In this document: piece after piece, positions 18,877 through 28,370 of the stretch
Layout: the number at the start of each line of letters is the position of its first letter
Position numbering within the stretch: position 1 is the first letter of the stretch
Sequence record: MK327928.1
Source: Escherichia phage vB_EcoM_G2133
DNA: 64,000 nucleotides
Strand: one strand, 5' to 3'
Position numbers and translations under genes: made by a program
Notes under the pieces: model-generated
The model's database searches: none
Told to the model about the DNA's origin: nothing
Seen by the model: only the letters and a program-made list of their open reading frames with translations

Positions 18877-19134
18877 TTATTTTAAAACTTCTGCGTAATC
18901 ACATGTTACAAACTGTTTCTCTAACTTGACGATTTTACGAAAGTATCTTTTGCATTGGCGAATCTGCCGCTTCGTAGGGCGAACAGCAAACTTAATAAAT
19001 TCCACTCGACCAAATGGAGGGATTTCTTCTGCTGGAATATCTAACACCAATTCCCACGTATCTGCAATAAGTGCTTTGAATTGCGTATTTTTCCTGACGT
19101 TATACGGAGTAGGTTTAAATAAAACAATATGCAT
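18877..19134 (-). CDS. hypothetical protein (likely start ATG 19134, TAATATG junction with dmd)
   Basis: 85 aa from MHIVLF; track ORF 18877..19176 overlaps dmd. Confidence 0.45.
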   Translation of the reverse strand: MHIVLFKPTPYNVRKNTQFKALIADTWELVLDIPAEEIPPFGRVEFIKFAVRPTKRQIRQCKRYFRKIVKLEKQFVTCDYAEVLK

Positions 19135-19135
19135 A

Positions 19136-19318
19136 TTATCCTCGGCAATCCACTTCACATACTTTCTTGTCATCAATGAAAGCTTTAACTACTGCTTTAT
19201 TAACTTCAGCATATTGAGTAGTAGCCCATTGAACGTCATCTTTCATCATTGTGATTTCTTTAGTAAACATGCTTTCATTCTTAAACCACCCCATAAAAAC
19301 TACCTTTACCAATTCCAT
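19136..19318 (-). CDS. dmd: Dmd antitoxin
   Basis: 60-aa ORF MELVKVVFMGWFKNESMFTKEITMMKDDVQWATTQYAEVNK, immediately downstream of gp41. Confidence 0.65.
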   Translation of the reverse strand: MELVKVVFMGWFKNESMFTKEITMMKDDVQWATTQYAEVNKAVVKAFIDDKKVCEVDCRG

Positions 19319-19347
19319 AACAATCTCCTCATTTAACCAACAAGACT

Positions 19348-19377
19348 ACTATACCATAGTCTTGTCAGCTTGTAAAC
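19348..19377 (-). promoter_or_regulatory. T4-type early promoter (-10 TATAGT)
   Basis: GTTTAC (19377..19372), 18-bp spacer, tatggTATAGT. Confidence 0.5.
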
Positions 19378-20804
19378 TAAAATTTTAATTCATTCGCCAA
19401 AGCATCTAACTGAGCTCGAGTGGATTCATTTCTTTGATAGCGATTCTGCTCAGTCTGAATCTGTTGTGAACCTGCTACTTCGTTCACTTCAGTTGGAGTA
19501 GAATCTTGTTCAATTTCTACCCATTTTTGATTTCCTTTTTGAACACCCATCAAAAACTTATTCCACTTATTCTTATCACCGTATCGTGATTTGATTTGCT
19601 TAATGAGTTGTTGTTCAGCAGCTGCTAGCTCCTCGGTTTCAATGACCGCAAGCATAAAATCAGCTGTTGCTGGAAGACCGGCAGATTCTGCAATATCGCT
19701 CATGTTAACATCGGAAGAGTCCCAAGCTTGTTTACCAACCTGTGCTGCAGTCCAAAGAACAGTTTCGGTTTCAACAGCCAAAGCACGCAATTCCTCTGCA
19801 ATAGCTTTAACAGTTGTGTAACTATTTTCTGAATAAACTCTAATGCGGCAAGATTTACAAATACCCAGATAGTCGACAATAATGATTGTTGGAACAAAAT
19901 TCTTTTTGAGCTTCAATTCGTTTAAAAGTGATCGAAATGTATTAGCGTCTGCTCCACCAGTTGGATACTGTTTAACGATTAAACGACCGAGAGTAGATTT
20001 CTCACGCCATTTTTCCATTTTTCCTTTATACTCAGCGTAAGAAATATGCCCATCATCAATGTCATCAAGAGAAACATCAAGCATATTAGCATCAATACGT
20101 TTCGCACAGACTTCTTCTGCCATTTCCATGGAAATGTAAAGAACATTATGTCCGAGCTGCAAATAATCTGCTGCCAATGAACACAATCCTAATGACTTAC
20201 CAACGTTAACGCCAGCCATTAAAACGTTCAGTGTTCCAGTCTCAGCTCCGCCTTTAGTAATTTTGTTCAGAATTCTGAGTTTAAATGGAACCTTACGAGC
20301 TTTATTCATATAAGATAGCCAACGTGCTTCGTAGTCATCCATCCAATCATGACCAACGTAACTATCAAATGAAATTGATAATGCTTGGCGCATGATGTCA
20401 GGAATAGCACCAACATCCGGCATTTTCTTATTTCGTTTTTCCGGAGGAAGTTCAGCATTAGTTTGAATTTCGATTATTTTAGACGTAGCATTAAACATCG
20501 CCCTTTGCTGAACATATTTTTCTGTTTCTTTTATTAACCAACTGTGGTCTTCCGGAGAATCAGCCAGTTTTGAAATAAGTGTTTTTACACCAGAATATTC
20601 TGTTTCAGTAAATGAACTATTTTCTAATGCAACATTTAACGCATTAATAGATGGAACGCTATGATACTCATTGACATGAGATTTAATTAATTTGAATGTA
20701 TTTTTAGCTGGACCACTTTCAAAATATTCTGAATCCATATATGGCCAAACTTTTGAAAAATAAGCTTGATCAAATATAAGATGAGAAAGAATAATTTCTA
20801 CCAC
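19377..20804 (-). CDS. 41: replicative DNA helicase gp41 (DnaB-like)
   Basis: 475 aa; Walker A GVNVGKS. Confidence 0.85.
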   Translation of the reverse strand: MVEIILSHLIFDQAYFSKVWPYMDSEYFESGPAKNTFKLIKSHVNEYHSVPSINALNVALENSSFTETEYSGVKTLISKLADSPEDHSWLIKETEKYVQQRAMFNATSKIIEIQTNAELPPEKRNKKMPDVGAIPDIMRQALSISFDSYVGHDWMDDYEARWLSYMNKARKVPFKLRILNKITKGGAETGTLNVLMAGVNVGKSLGLCSLAADYLQLGHNVLYISMEMAEEVCAKRIDANMLDVSLDDIDDGHISYAEYKGKMEKWREKSTLGRLIVKQYPTGGADANTFRSLLNELKLKKNFVPTIIIVDYLGICKSCRIRVYSENSYTTVKAIAEELRALAVETETVLWTAAQVGKQAWDSSDVNMSDIAESAGLPATADFMLAVIETEELAAAEQQLIKQIKSRYGDKNKWNKFLMGVQKGNQKWVEIEQDSTPTEVNEVAGSQQIQTEQNRYQRNESTRAQLDALANELKF

Positions 20805-20813
20805 ACTTACTCC

Positions 20814-21176
20814 TTAAAAGAATTTAAACTTTTTCTTTGACCTTTTATTAAATGCATCTTGTAGTTGCATTGTAATACATTTTTCTACATGAGGAGCTAA
20901 CTCAGCTTTTCTTTCTTGGTCAAGAACAGCAAAGTCCATTACAACCTTTCCATCAACCCAATCCAGTTTAGTTACATACACTATATGTGTAGAACCATCT
21001 TCTAGTTTAATGACAATCTCCTGGATAACATTTTCCATGGCAGATTTAATTATCTTAAGAGACTCATTAAAAAGATGTTCTTTTCTTTCTTCTTCCCCCT
21101 CCGAAGAGGGGGATTCATCGATAATTTCTAGATCTAAATCTAAATCATCTTTATTCATTAAATTCTTCCATATCAC
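20814..21176 (-). CDS. 40: gp40-like protein
   Basis: 120-aa ORF between gp41 and uvsX; acidic N-terminus. Confidence 0.55.
   Translation of the reverse strand: MIWKNLMNKDDLDLDLEIIDESPSSEGEEERKEHLFNESLKIIKSAMENVIQEIVIKLEDGSTHIVYVTKLDWVDGKVVMDFAVLDQERKAELAPHVEKCITMQLQDAFNKRSKKKFKFF
21095..21112 (-). other. GC-rich perfect hairpin with UUCG loop inside the gp40 coding region
   Basis: ccccctc-cgaa-gaggggg; 7-bp G/C stem in codons 22-28 of gp40, about 40 nt 3' of the uvsX stop. Confidence 0.5.
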
Positions 21177-22332
21177 TTAACTGCTCGAGGTCAGTTTCTA
21201 AATCAGCTGCTGATTTACTTTTGCTTTCTGGAGATTTAAATTTTTCAACCTTTGAGTTAATCAATTCATCAACTTCAGCTTCAACAATTTCATTACTATC
21301 AATAGCACCTAACTGATAAGCACGTTTAATAGCATCTCGGAATGGTTGATGCTTAAATAAAGGACCCCAGAATGTAGTGCAGTTAGTATCTTTTGCACGC
21401 CAAGATTTTTCTTCGCGAATCATCTCGCCGGTTTCTTCATCAAGAAATTCACGAGCATACCAACCATTTTTAGGTTTTACTACAAATCCTAATTCTAGAG
21501 CCATATCTAACAATCCAGAATAAGGATCGATACCACCGTCAAATTTAACATCAATAAAGAATTTACTTTTTTCTTTAACGGTACGAGATTTTTCTACATT
21601 TAGAACAAATTGATACCCCTGAAGATCAGAACCATCTTTAATCTGACGTTTACCGATAATGAATACGGTATCAGCCGAATACATTACGCCTGTACCACCT
21701 GTCATCACGGTTTTACTAAACATTTCAATGGTTTCAATTGTATGGTTAACCGCAACACATGGAATATTTTTAATGCTAAAATAAGGAGTAACAATACGGA
21801 ATAATGACTTCAGTGATTTAGCACGAGTCATATCTGCCACAGATTTTTCATTCAAGGCATCTTCCGTTTCTTTCTTGGAAGCCATATTACCAATTGAGTC
21901 GATGAATACAATAACCTTTTCACCACGCTCAATAGCTTCAAGCTGGTTCACCATATCAATTTTCAGCTGTTCAACTGACTGAATTGGCGTATGAATTACT
22001 CGTTCCGGGTCAACTCCCATGGATCGCAAATAAGCTGGAGTAATACCAAATTCACTATCATAGAATAGACAAACTGCATCAGGATATTTGTTCAAATATG
22101 CCGCAACCATAGTCAAAGACATATTTGATTTAAAGTGTTTAGAAGGTCCTGCGAAAATAGTTAAACCAGACTGCATACCACCATCAATTGCACCAGAAAT
22201 AGCAATATTAAGCATTGGGATTTTTGTACGGATTACATCCTTTTCATTAAAGAATTTAGATGTAGTCAGTTCAGCAGTCATTTTAGAAGTGGAAGCTTTA
22301 ATCAAACGGGATTTTAAATCTGCAATAGACAT
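21151..22332 (-). CDS. uvsX: UvsX recombinase (RecA/Rad51 family)
   Basis: 393 aa; MSIADLKSRLIKAS; Walker A GPSKHFKS. Confidence 0.85.
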   Translation of the reverse strand: MSIADLKSRLIKASTSKMTAELTTSKFFNEKDVIRTKIPMLNIAISGAIDGGMQSGLTIFAGPSKHFKSNMSLTMVAAYLNKYPDAVCLFYDSEFGITPAYLRSMGVDPERVIHTPIQSVEQLKIDMVNQLEAIERGEKVIVFIDSIGNMASKKETEDALNEKSVADMTRAKSLKSLFRIVTPYFSIKNIPCVAVNHTIETIEMFSKTVMTGGTGVMYSADTVFIIGKRQIKDGSDLQGYQFVLNVEKSRTVKEKSKFFIDVKFDGGIDPYSGLLDMALELGFVVKPKNGWYAREFLDEETGEMIREEKSWRAKDTNCTTFWGPLFKHQPFRDAIKRAYQLGAIDSNEIVEAEVDELINSKVEKFKSPESKSKSAADLETDLEQLSDMEEFNE

Positions 22333-22409
22333 TCATTTTTTCCATAGGCATCATTATATTTTCCTCACTGGTTAAAGATAGAGTAATTATAACACAATAA
22401 ATTTAGGCA

Positions 22410-23252
22410 TTAATCAACTGCTATTGGATGAATAGCATTAAACTTATGAAATGCTTCTGATTTTTCTTTACGCGAAACACACATGCGAAGAACCTTTAAT
22501 GGCTCGTCTTCTTCACCCAACGATTTTCGTTTTTCAATATTTGATGTTTTCCAACGAGCTTGCTCTGGAAACTCTCTATTGATTTGCTCAAGCGCTCTAT
22601 TATGTTTAGAATTACTACGAATTGAACTACACCCACCGGGAGCGTGTGATTTTCCAGATACAACTAGATATTTGAACAAGGCCAAATGCGGATAACCTTG
22701 ATTAATTAAATTGAGAAATGCATACATATCTTCGCATAAATCAATTTTTCCATACCCAATTTGTTCTGTCGTAAGTTTTCCGAGGTCATACCATGTATTC
22801 GTGAATCCATATGAGTTTTCACGATAATTACCCCAAGATGAAGTAATTTTAAAAATTGGTAGACGAGCATGACCGTGATAATACCCGCAATCCATGGCAT
22901 CTTCAACGTATTGAATCAATTCATAGAACTGTTCACGAGTTAATTGATTAATTTTATCTACACGCCGTTTATCGTCTCTCTTTCGTATTGAACTCATACG
23001 AATAGTAGTATCATCATCAATCATCCAGATTCGTTGACCTGCATACATATCAGTAATTGCTTTACGAGTACCGGCAATTCCATTAACATCATCAGGAATA
23101 GTTATAATTTTAGCTCTAGACCCATAAGCATCATAATAAGCTTTTTCTTCGTGTTCACGCACTACAATATGGGGTTCATAATCAGTCGGAAACATATTAA
23201 GGGCAGAAACTGCCCCTGCACGTTGATAGCTCGGAATTACGAATTGAATCAT
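22410..23252 (-). CDS. GT-A fold glycosyltransferase at the beta-gt locus (possibly beta-glucosyl-HMC-alpha-glucosyltransferase)
   Basis: 280 aa; DxD motif in IWMIDDDTTI; much shorter than the 351-aa T4 beta-gt. Confidence 0.45.
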   Translation of the reverse strand: MIQFVIPSYQRAGAVSALNMFPTDYEPHIVVREHEEKAYYDAYGSRAKIITIPDDVNGIAGTRKAITDMYAGQRIWMIDDDTTIRMSSIRKRDDKRRVDKINQLTREQFYELIQYVEDAMDCGYYHGHARLPIFKITSSWGNYRENSYGFTNTWYDLGKLTTEQIGYGKIDLCEDMYAFLNLINQGYPHLALFKYLVVSGKSHAPGGCSSIRSNSKHNRALEQINREFPEQARWKTSNIEKRKSLGEEDEPLKVLRMCVSRKEKSEAFHKFNAIHPIAVD

Positions 23253-23890
23253 TTAAGTGCCTTGCATTTGTCAAAATGGTATCTTGTCATATTTGGCCCA
23301 CGTCCTTTTAGTCCGCAATGCGGACATATTTTTTCTATCAAATTATGAGGTTTTCCTTTACGATTTTTAGACATCGTTTCTTTAATTATTTTAGCTTTTT
23401 CTGCGCCAAAAATTTCTTCATAAGTTTTACCAGAATTTTCCTTTGCTCGATTTATAATTCCATATGCCTGCTCATTTTTACCATACATTGGATTACCTTC
23501 GCCTTTCATTCTTTTAGAATGATCAGGACGCTTGATTCCACGAAAGGCATTTCCGCACTTATATCTTTCTTCTGGAGATAGTTTTTTACCGTACATTCCA
23601 TTTAATTTGCCTGGAAAACTTCCTCCCCATGCTTCATTCTTTAAATTATATGAATCCGGACAATTAGCAGCATCTAAACAAGTTAAAATAATTTCTTCAA
23701 CCTGTCTAAACATTGGTCCTTCATATAATATTTCTTTATTAAAGGATTTTATTCCATATTTCTTTTTAGCATGTTGCCAAACTACACCCGAACCATCATA
23801 ATTCGGGTTGTGACCATCATGACTTCCTATATACCACTTTTTAGTTTTAGGATGTTTATACTTATAAACATGTGGCACATTTACTTCCAT
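23249..23890 (-). CDS. GIY-YIG homing endonuclease (Seg-like)
   Basis: 213 aa; HVYKYKH...KWYIGS motif; C-terminal zinc finger CPHCG. Confidence 0.6.
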   Translation of the reverse strand: MEVNVPHVYKYKHPKTKKWYIGSHDGHNPNYDGSGVVWQHAKKKYGIKSFNKEILYEGPMFRQVEEIILTCLDAANCPDSYNLKNEAWGGSFPGKLNGMYGKKLSPEERYKCGNAFRGIKRPDHSKRMKGEGNPMYGKNEQAYGIINRAKENSGKTYEEIFGAEKAKIIKETMSKNRKGKPHNLIEKICPHCGLKGRGPNMTRYHFDKCKALK

Positions 23891-24621
23891 TTTCCAGTAT
23901 AATCCTTTTTAGCAATATGAGTTTCACCAGTGTTCCACCAATGGTCAACTAAATAAAACTGATTTTCGTACACATGAAGACTTCCAACGTTCCATATAAT
24001 AGAACCTGCTTTATATTGCCGCGATGGGTCGCCTGCATTCAAATCAGATACTAATTTATCTAATACGTATTTTTGCCATGCATAGTCATTACGATAGCCT
24101 GCCCAGCAATCATTGCTTCTCATGTTAACAACCGCATTAATTTTCTTGTCACGAATCAGATACTGCACGGTATTCGTACACATGAAATCTGACATACCAT
24201 CTTTATTGTAGTCAAACTGCATAGATGGACGAGTATAAATCATGATACCGCGCCGAGAATCAGGATTTTGACCAAGTTCAGCTAAACACATATCATACTG
24301 GGCATAGTTATCTTCTGACCAGATAGCCCAACCATAATTTGAGTTAATTTCACCTTTAGAAGATGCTACTTGTTGCCAAATCTTCGGTGTTTCACCCGGA
24401 ATATCTTTAACGAACAAGCTTTTAGATTTATACCATTCAAGTTCACGCTGAATGTATTCATCATTAAGAGCGCCAAAAATAAACGGTTCATCTGCTACAA
24501 ATGATGCGCCAATAATTTCAATAGTTTTAACACCTGTTTTATCAACTACGAAATCTTTTTCCTTTAATGCAAGCCCCAAATGAAGACGGATTTCTTCAAC
24601 TGTCATAGAGTCACTAATCAT
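23881..24621 (-). CDS. 42: dCMP hydroxymethylase gp42
   Basis: 246 aa, thymidylate-synthase-like fold, T4 gene position. Confidence 0.8.
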   Translation of the reverse strand: MISDSMTVEEIRLHLGLALKEKDFVVDKTGVKTIEIIGASFVADEPFIFGALNDEYIQRELEWYKSKSLFVKDIPGETPKIWQQVASSKGEINSNYGWAIWSEDNYAQYDMCLAELGQNPDSRRGIMIYTRPSMQFDYNKDGMSDFMCTNTVQYLIRDKKINAVVNMRSNDCWAGYRNDYAWQKYVLDKLVSDLNAGDPSRQYKAGSIIWNVGSLHVYENQFYLVDHWWNTGETHIAKKDYTGKWK

Positions 24622-24628
24622 TTAAACC

Positions 24629-24778
24629 TCAATTGATGCATTCATATTTAACTTGTAACAGTAATAAGCTCCAACCTAAAATAACAGTTGGAATCATAAG
24701 AGGAACCGTTACACTATAGTATATACTTATTATAATCATCAAGATTAAAAGCAATGCTGCTATAATTTTGCTTTTCAT
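24629..24778 (-). CDS. small hydrophobic membrane protein, 49 aa, not in ORF track
   Basis: MKSKIIAALLLILMIIISIYYSVTVPLMIPTVILGWSLLLLQVKYECIN; ATG overlaps imm stop (ATGA). Confidence 0.4.
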   Translation of the reverse strand: MKSKIIAALLLILMIIISIYYSVTVPLMIPTVILGWSLLLLQVKYECIN

Positions 24779-25026
24779 TCCTTCTCTCTGATGATAATTA
24801 CTTGATTTGGTTGTGCAGACTTTTTAGTTTCACCAGCAATTGACCAAATAAATGTAATAAACCAACCAATAATTGACCAGTTAAACAGTAAAGACGTGAA
24901 AAAGATTCCTACTGTCGATTTTGACCCACGCATCAAGGCGATAAACCATGGAAGCATGTATATAATAATAGCCAACACACCTGAAACTAAAACCATAAAA
25001 ATTGAACCTGCTACTAAAGTTTCCAT
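24775..25026 (-). CDS. imm: immunity (superinfection exclusion) membrane protein Imm
   Basis: 83-aa ORF with two hydrophobic helices. Confidence 0.7.
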   Translation of the reverse strand: METLVAGSIFMVLVSGVLAIIIYMLPWFIALMRGSKSTVGIFFTSLLFNWSIIGWFITFIWSIAGETKKSAQPNQVIIIREKE

Positions 25027-25033
25027 GTTTTCC

Positions 25034-25414
25034 TCACTTAGTCAAATTTTTTACACATGAATTATAAGAATTTACTACATACTCCATCGGAGCATTTTTA
25101 CCAGTACGCCATTGGTAATTATTAGCCCAATTAGCCCAAAGTTCGGCGCAGTAGTTTTCAATTTTTTCTTCGCGTGTAATTACATCCGAATTACGATATG
25201 CTTGAACAGATTCATCTGGACGAATAGCTTCGTCAAAATTCGCCTGCATTTGTTCTACTGTTTGCTTTGGAGCTTCTTTATAACACTTGACATTAGGATT
25301 ATAAAATTTGCTTGAACAGTTTACAATTTTTCCTACATCAGACTGATTTACTACCGGTCCTTGAGCTACACAACCAGTAAGACCTAATGCAATAACCAAA
25401 ATAGCGATTTTCAT
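25034..25414 (-). CDS. predicted lipoprotein (imm.1-like)
   Basis: 126 aa; signal peptide with lipobox LTGC. Confidence 0.5.
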   Translation of the reverse strand: MKIAILVIALGLTGCVAQGPVVNQSDVGKIVNCSSKFYNPNVKCYKEAPKQTVEQMQANFDEAIRPDESVQAYRNSDVITREEKIENYCAELWANWANNYQWRTGKNAPMEYVVNSYNSCVKNLTK

Positions 25415-25448
25415 TTCATTCTCTAAATCCGTATCAGTTGATAGTTGT

Positions 25449-25478
25449 ATAGTACCACAGAAGAACAGTCTTGTAAAC
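25449..25478 (-). promoter_or_regulatory. early promoter variant (-10 TACTAT), member of a repeated promoter-leader family
   Basis: GTTTAC (25478..25473), 18-bp spacer, gtggTACTATAC. Confidence 0.45.
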
Positions 25479-25566
25479 AGTTTTGTGAAAAATTTTTTAG
25501 GGAATTCTAAAGGTCCAGAATCATCTGTTTTTCATAAGTATAGATTTATATTACTTGTATGAAAAA

Positions 25567-25582
25567 GGGACCCGGAGGTCCC
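25567..25582 (-). terminator. stem-loop gggacc-cgga-ggtccc downstream of gene 43
   Basis: 6-bp G/C stem, 4-nt loop, 14 nt after the gp43 stop. Confidence 0.5.
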
Positions 25583-25595
25583 TAGATTTATTCTA

Positions 25596-28292
25596 TCAGC
25601 CAAACAGGAAGTCTAACGAAGCTTTTTCTTCATAGTCCATACCAGCCGATTCACACATACCTGCAAGCGGTTTAACAAACGATTTTTGGAACAAAGTTGA
25701 GTAGTCAATCCAAGATAGTACATCAGAACGAATTTCTTTTGGAAGTTCTGTACCTGATGGCCAAGCAATGCACTTGTCACCAAATGGATTTCCTTCACGT
25801 AATGGAAGAACCATTACTTTATTTCCATCCAAAATTGGAGCTACACCTAAACCGTTAACAGCTCGACGATAAGTTAGCACACCACGAATATGGAACGGGC
25901 ATTTAAATCCTGGCCAACCTTTATCATCATATTTCGCTATATCGTTCGCAGTTTTTACTTCAGCAATAACTTTATAGTCAAGTTGACGATATTCTTTCTC
26001 GAAGTTCTTGTAATATTCTTGGACAGACTCTTCACCTTCCTGAAGAATACGACGAATACTTTCTTCGAGAGCTTCTTGTACTGCTTTTGGTGTTGAACTC
26101 TGTTGAGTTTCCATACCCATGATTTTTAGATGCGGTTCAGCAAATCGCTTATCTTCCATATCATAAACGTTCAGAGCATAACGTTTTTTCGCTTTCCAAA
26201 ATCCGCCAACGCCCTTTGAACCAAGTGGAGGACAAGAAATAGCTTCACGGTCCATATGCATCAGATGCTCGCGGTTATTCATATAATCACATAACTCACG
26301 ATATGCAACATCAATCATAGGTTCCATCTTTTTCTTACCGAACTGATTCATGAATTCAACTAAATCGTTCTGCTCTTTAAAACGGTCAAGACCAACTTTT
26401 TCAATAACTTTATCTACGCAAACATATACCGAATCAGTATCACCTGCTGCGATGAAATCTTCACCGTTAGTTCCGCATACTTTATTCAGATATTCATTAA
26501 TTTTACGAGCAATCCACTGAATACCGACTTGACCAAAAATTGTGATAGCAGTAGCATTTCGCAAATCATAGTAACGGAAATGAATATTACCAAGAGCACC
26601 ATAAAGACTGTTAATAAGAATTTTACGGTTCAGCTGATTTGTATTAGCAAGTGTAGCCGCTTTTTCACATTCCTCAATCAGACTATTGAGAACAGATTCG
26701 GTGTAATTCGACAGTTCATTTAAAAAATCATCAGTGAACTTAACATATCGTTCAACTTCTGGTTTAGTTGAACAAGACCCTGCGCCTTTCATAATAATCT
26801 TTTTAATAGCTTCGGCATTCATTTCTTCAGCGAACATTTTCTTTTTCCAATCTTTACGCTGGAAAAATACTTTAGCGATTTCCTTTGGAATGATACCTTC
26901 TTGGTGCTTATCATACATCCATCCATTCGGAGAGCAAGAATATTCATCACTTGGCTTAGGAGCCGTTCCTGCGATATATTCATGAATTGGATGAACTTTA
27001 AACTGCCCACGAATAGTCTCAGGACTAATGTTAACCTGACGAATAATGCTAGGATACAGAGACGTCAAGTCAAAACTCATAATGTATCGACGAGCAATCG
27101 GTTTAGGTTCAAATACAAATGCACCTGGAAAACTCTGTTTAACGTGCGAACCTTGTTGAGGAATAACCTTATGTTCACCTTTCAGTGAGTTAAAAATAAT
27201 AGCATCCCAAGTTTTAATAGGACTCATTACACCAGAAAAAGGCATTTTAGCGTAATAAGACATACTTAAAACTAGATCGATAAACCCGCGAATTTTATCA
27301 ATTGCTTGAACTGATTCTACGTCAATGATGTTATAACTAATGTATCGTTGATGATTAGTCTCACGAAGTTTATTAATAGGACCGTCGTATGGTAATTTAC
27401 CTTTTTTGGTTTCATGTTGAGCAACTGATTCCAAAGAGAATGACGGCAAATTAGTAAAAGCAAATTTCTTGTACAAATCTAAATAATCAAGAATAGATAC
27501 GCCATCAATAGAATAAATTTCTTTGCTACCGTACATATTTTGAATTAGTTTAGATTTTACCCGACCGATTGGAGAGAAACGTTTCATACTGCGTTCACCT
27601 AGAATCATTTTAACACGATTCATGATATATGGAACGTCAAACCCCTCAATATTCCAACCAGTAAAAATAGCAGGTCGTTTCTGTTCCCAGAGATTGATAT
27701 ATTCCATGAGCATATCACGCTCATTATCGAATGGCATATAAATTACTCGGTCAAGAATTTCTTGAGGAACTTCATCACCACCTTCACAGTCAAGCTTAGC
27801 AGCTAACTTTGCATCCCATTTTGATACTGAACCATACATTGAATTCAAAAGGTCGAAAACATAAAAACGATCATCAATTGAATCATAATGAGTGATAGCA
27901 TCAATTTCATATTCAGCTTTCATTGGGTCAGGAAATTTATCACCAGTAACCTCAATGTCACAGTTAGCTACACGAACAAATTTTCGGTCATAAACAATTT
28001 CTGAACCATACGTATCACTGATATAAGCGAGTTTAAAATCGTTCATACCGAGAGCTTCGAGACCGATGTCTTCCATTCGCTTCATCCAATCTCGAGCATC
28101 TTTCATTGATGGAAATTTTTGAGGAGCGCAGTTTTTACCGTAGATGTCTTTGTATTTTGACTCTTCCTTACAATGCCTAAACATAGTCGGAAGATATTCT
28201 ACTTCACGAGTACGTTCCTTTCCGTTTTCATCAATATAACGTTCAACAATGTTATTTCCGACTGTTTCAATAGAGATATAAAATTCTTTCAT
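25596..28292 (-). CDS. 43: DNA polymerase gp43 (family B)
   Basis: 898 aa; MKEFYISIETVGNNI; 3'-5' exo motifs and polymerase motif AAGDTDSVYV. Confidence 0.9.
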   Translation of the reverse strand: MKEFYISIETVGNNIVERYIDENGKERTREVEYLPTMFRHCKEESKYKDIYGKNCAPQKFPSMKDARDWMKRMEDIGLEALGMNDFKLAYISDTYGSEIVYDRKFVRVANCDIEVTGDKFPDPMKAEYEIDAITHYDSIDDRFYVFDLLNSMYGSVSKWDAKLAAKLDCEGGDEVPQEILDRVIYMPFDNERDMLMEYINLWEQKRPAIFTGWNIEGFDVPYIMNRVKMILGERSMKRFSPIGRVKSKLIQNMYGSKEIYSIDGVSILDYLDLYKKFAFTNLPSFSLESVAQHETKKGKLPYDGPINKLRETNHQRYISYNIIDVESVQAIDKIRGFIDLVLSMSYYAKMPFSGVMSPIKTWDAIIFNSLKGEHKVIPQQGSHVKQSFPGAFVFEPKPIARRYIMSFDLTSLYPSIIRQVNISPETIRGQFKVHPIHEYIAGTAPKPSDEYSCSPNGWMYDKHQEGIIPKEIAKVFFQRKDWKKKMFAEEMNAEAIKKIIMKGAGSCSTKPEVERYVKFTDDFLNELSNYTESVLNSLIEECEKAATLANTNQLNRKILINSLYGALGNIHFRYYDLRNATAITIFGQVGIQWIARKINEYLNKVCGTNGEDFIAAGDTDSVYVCVDKVIEKVGLDRFKEQNDLVEFMNQFGKKKMEPMIDVAYRELCDYMNNREHLMHMDREAISCPPLGSKGVGGFWKAKKRYALNVYDMEDKRFAEPHLKIMGMETQQSSTPKAVQEALEESIRRILQEGEESVQEYYKNFEKEYRQLDYKVIAEVKTANDIAKYDDKGWPGFKCPFHIRGVLTYRRAVNGLGVAPILDGNKVMVLPLREGNPFGDKCIAWPSGTELPKEIRSDVLSWIDYSTLFQKSFVKPLAGMCESAGMDYEEKASLDFLFG

Positions 28293-28350
28293 AGATATTC
28301 CTTAGTTTATAGCCCGAGTTATTAGGCTCTTGATATATTATACTCCAAAT

Positions 28351-28368
28351 AAGGGGCCGAAGCCCCTT
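28351..28368 (-). terminator. stem-loop aaggggc-cgaa-gcccctt downstream of regA
   Basis: 7-bp stem, 4-nt loop, followed on the minus strand by ggagTATAAT. Confidence 0.5.
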
Positions 28369-28370
28369 GC

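Noticed and set aside
25613-27010. Short minus-strand ORFs inside the DNA polymerase gene (25613..25798, 26819..27010)
   Set aside because: Out-of-frame internal ORFs of gp43; the same applies to 14570..14782, 16158..16394, 19700..19897, 22706..22906, 32892..33155 and 53224..53418 inside their host genes.
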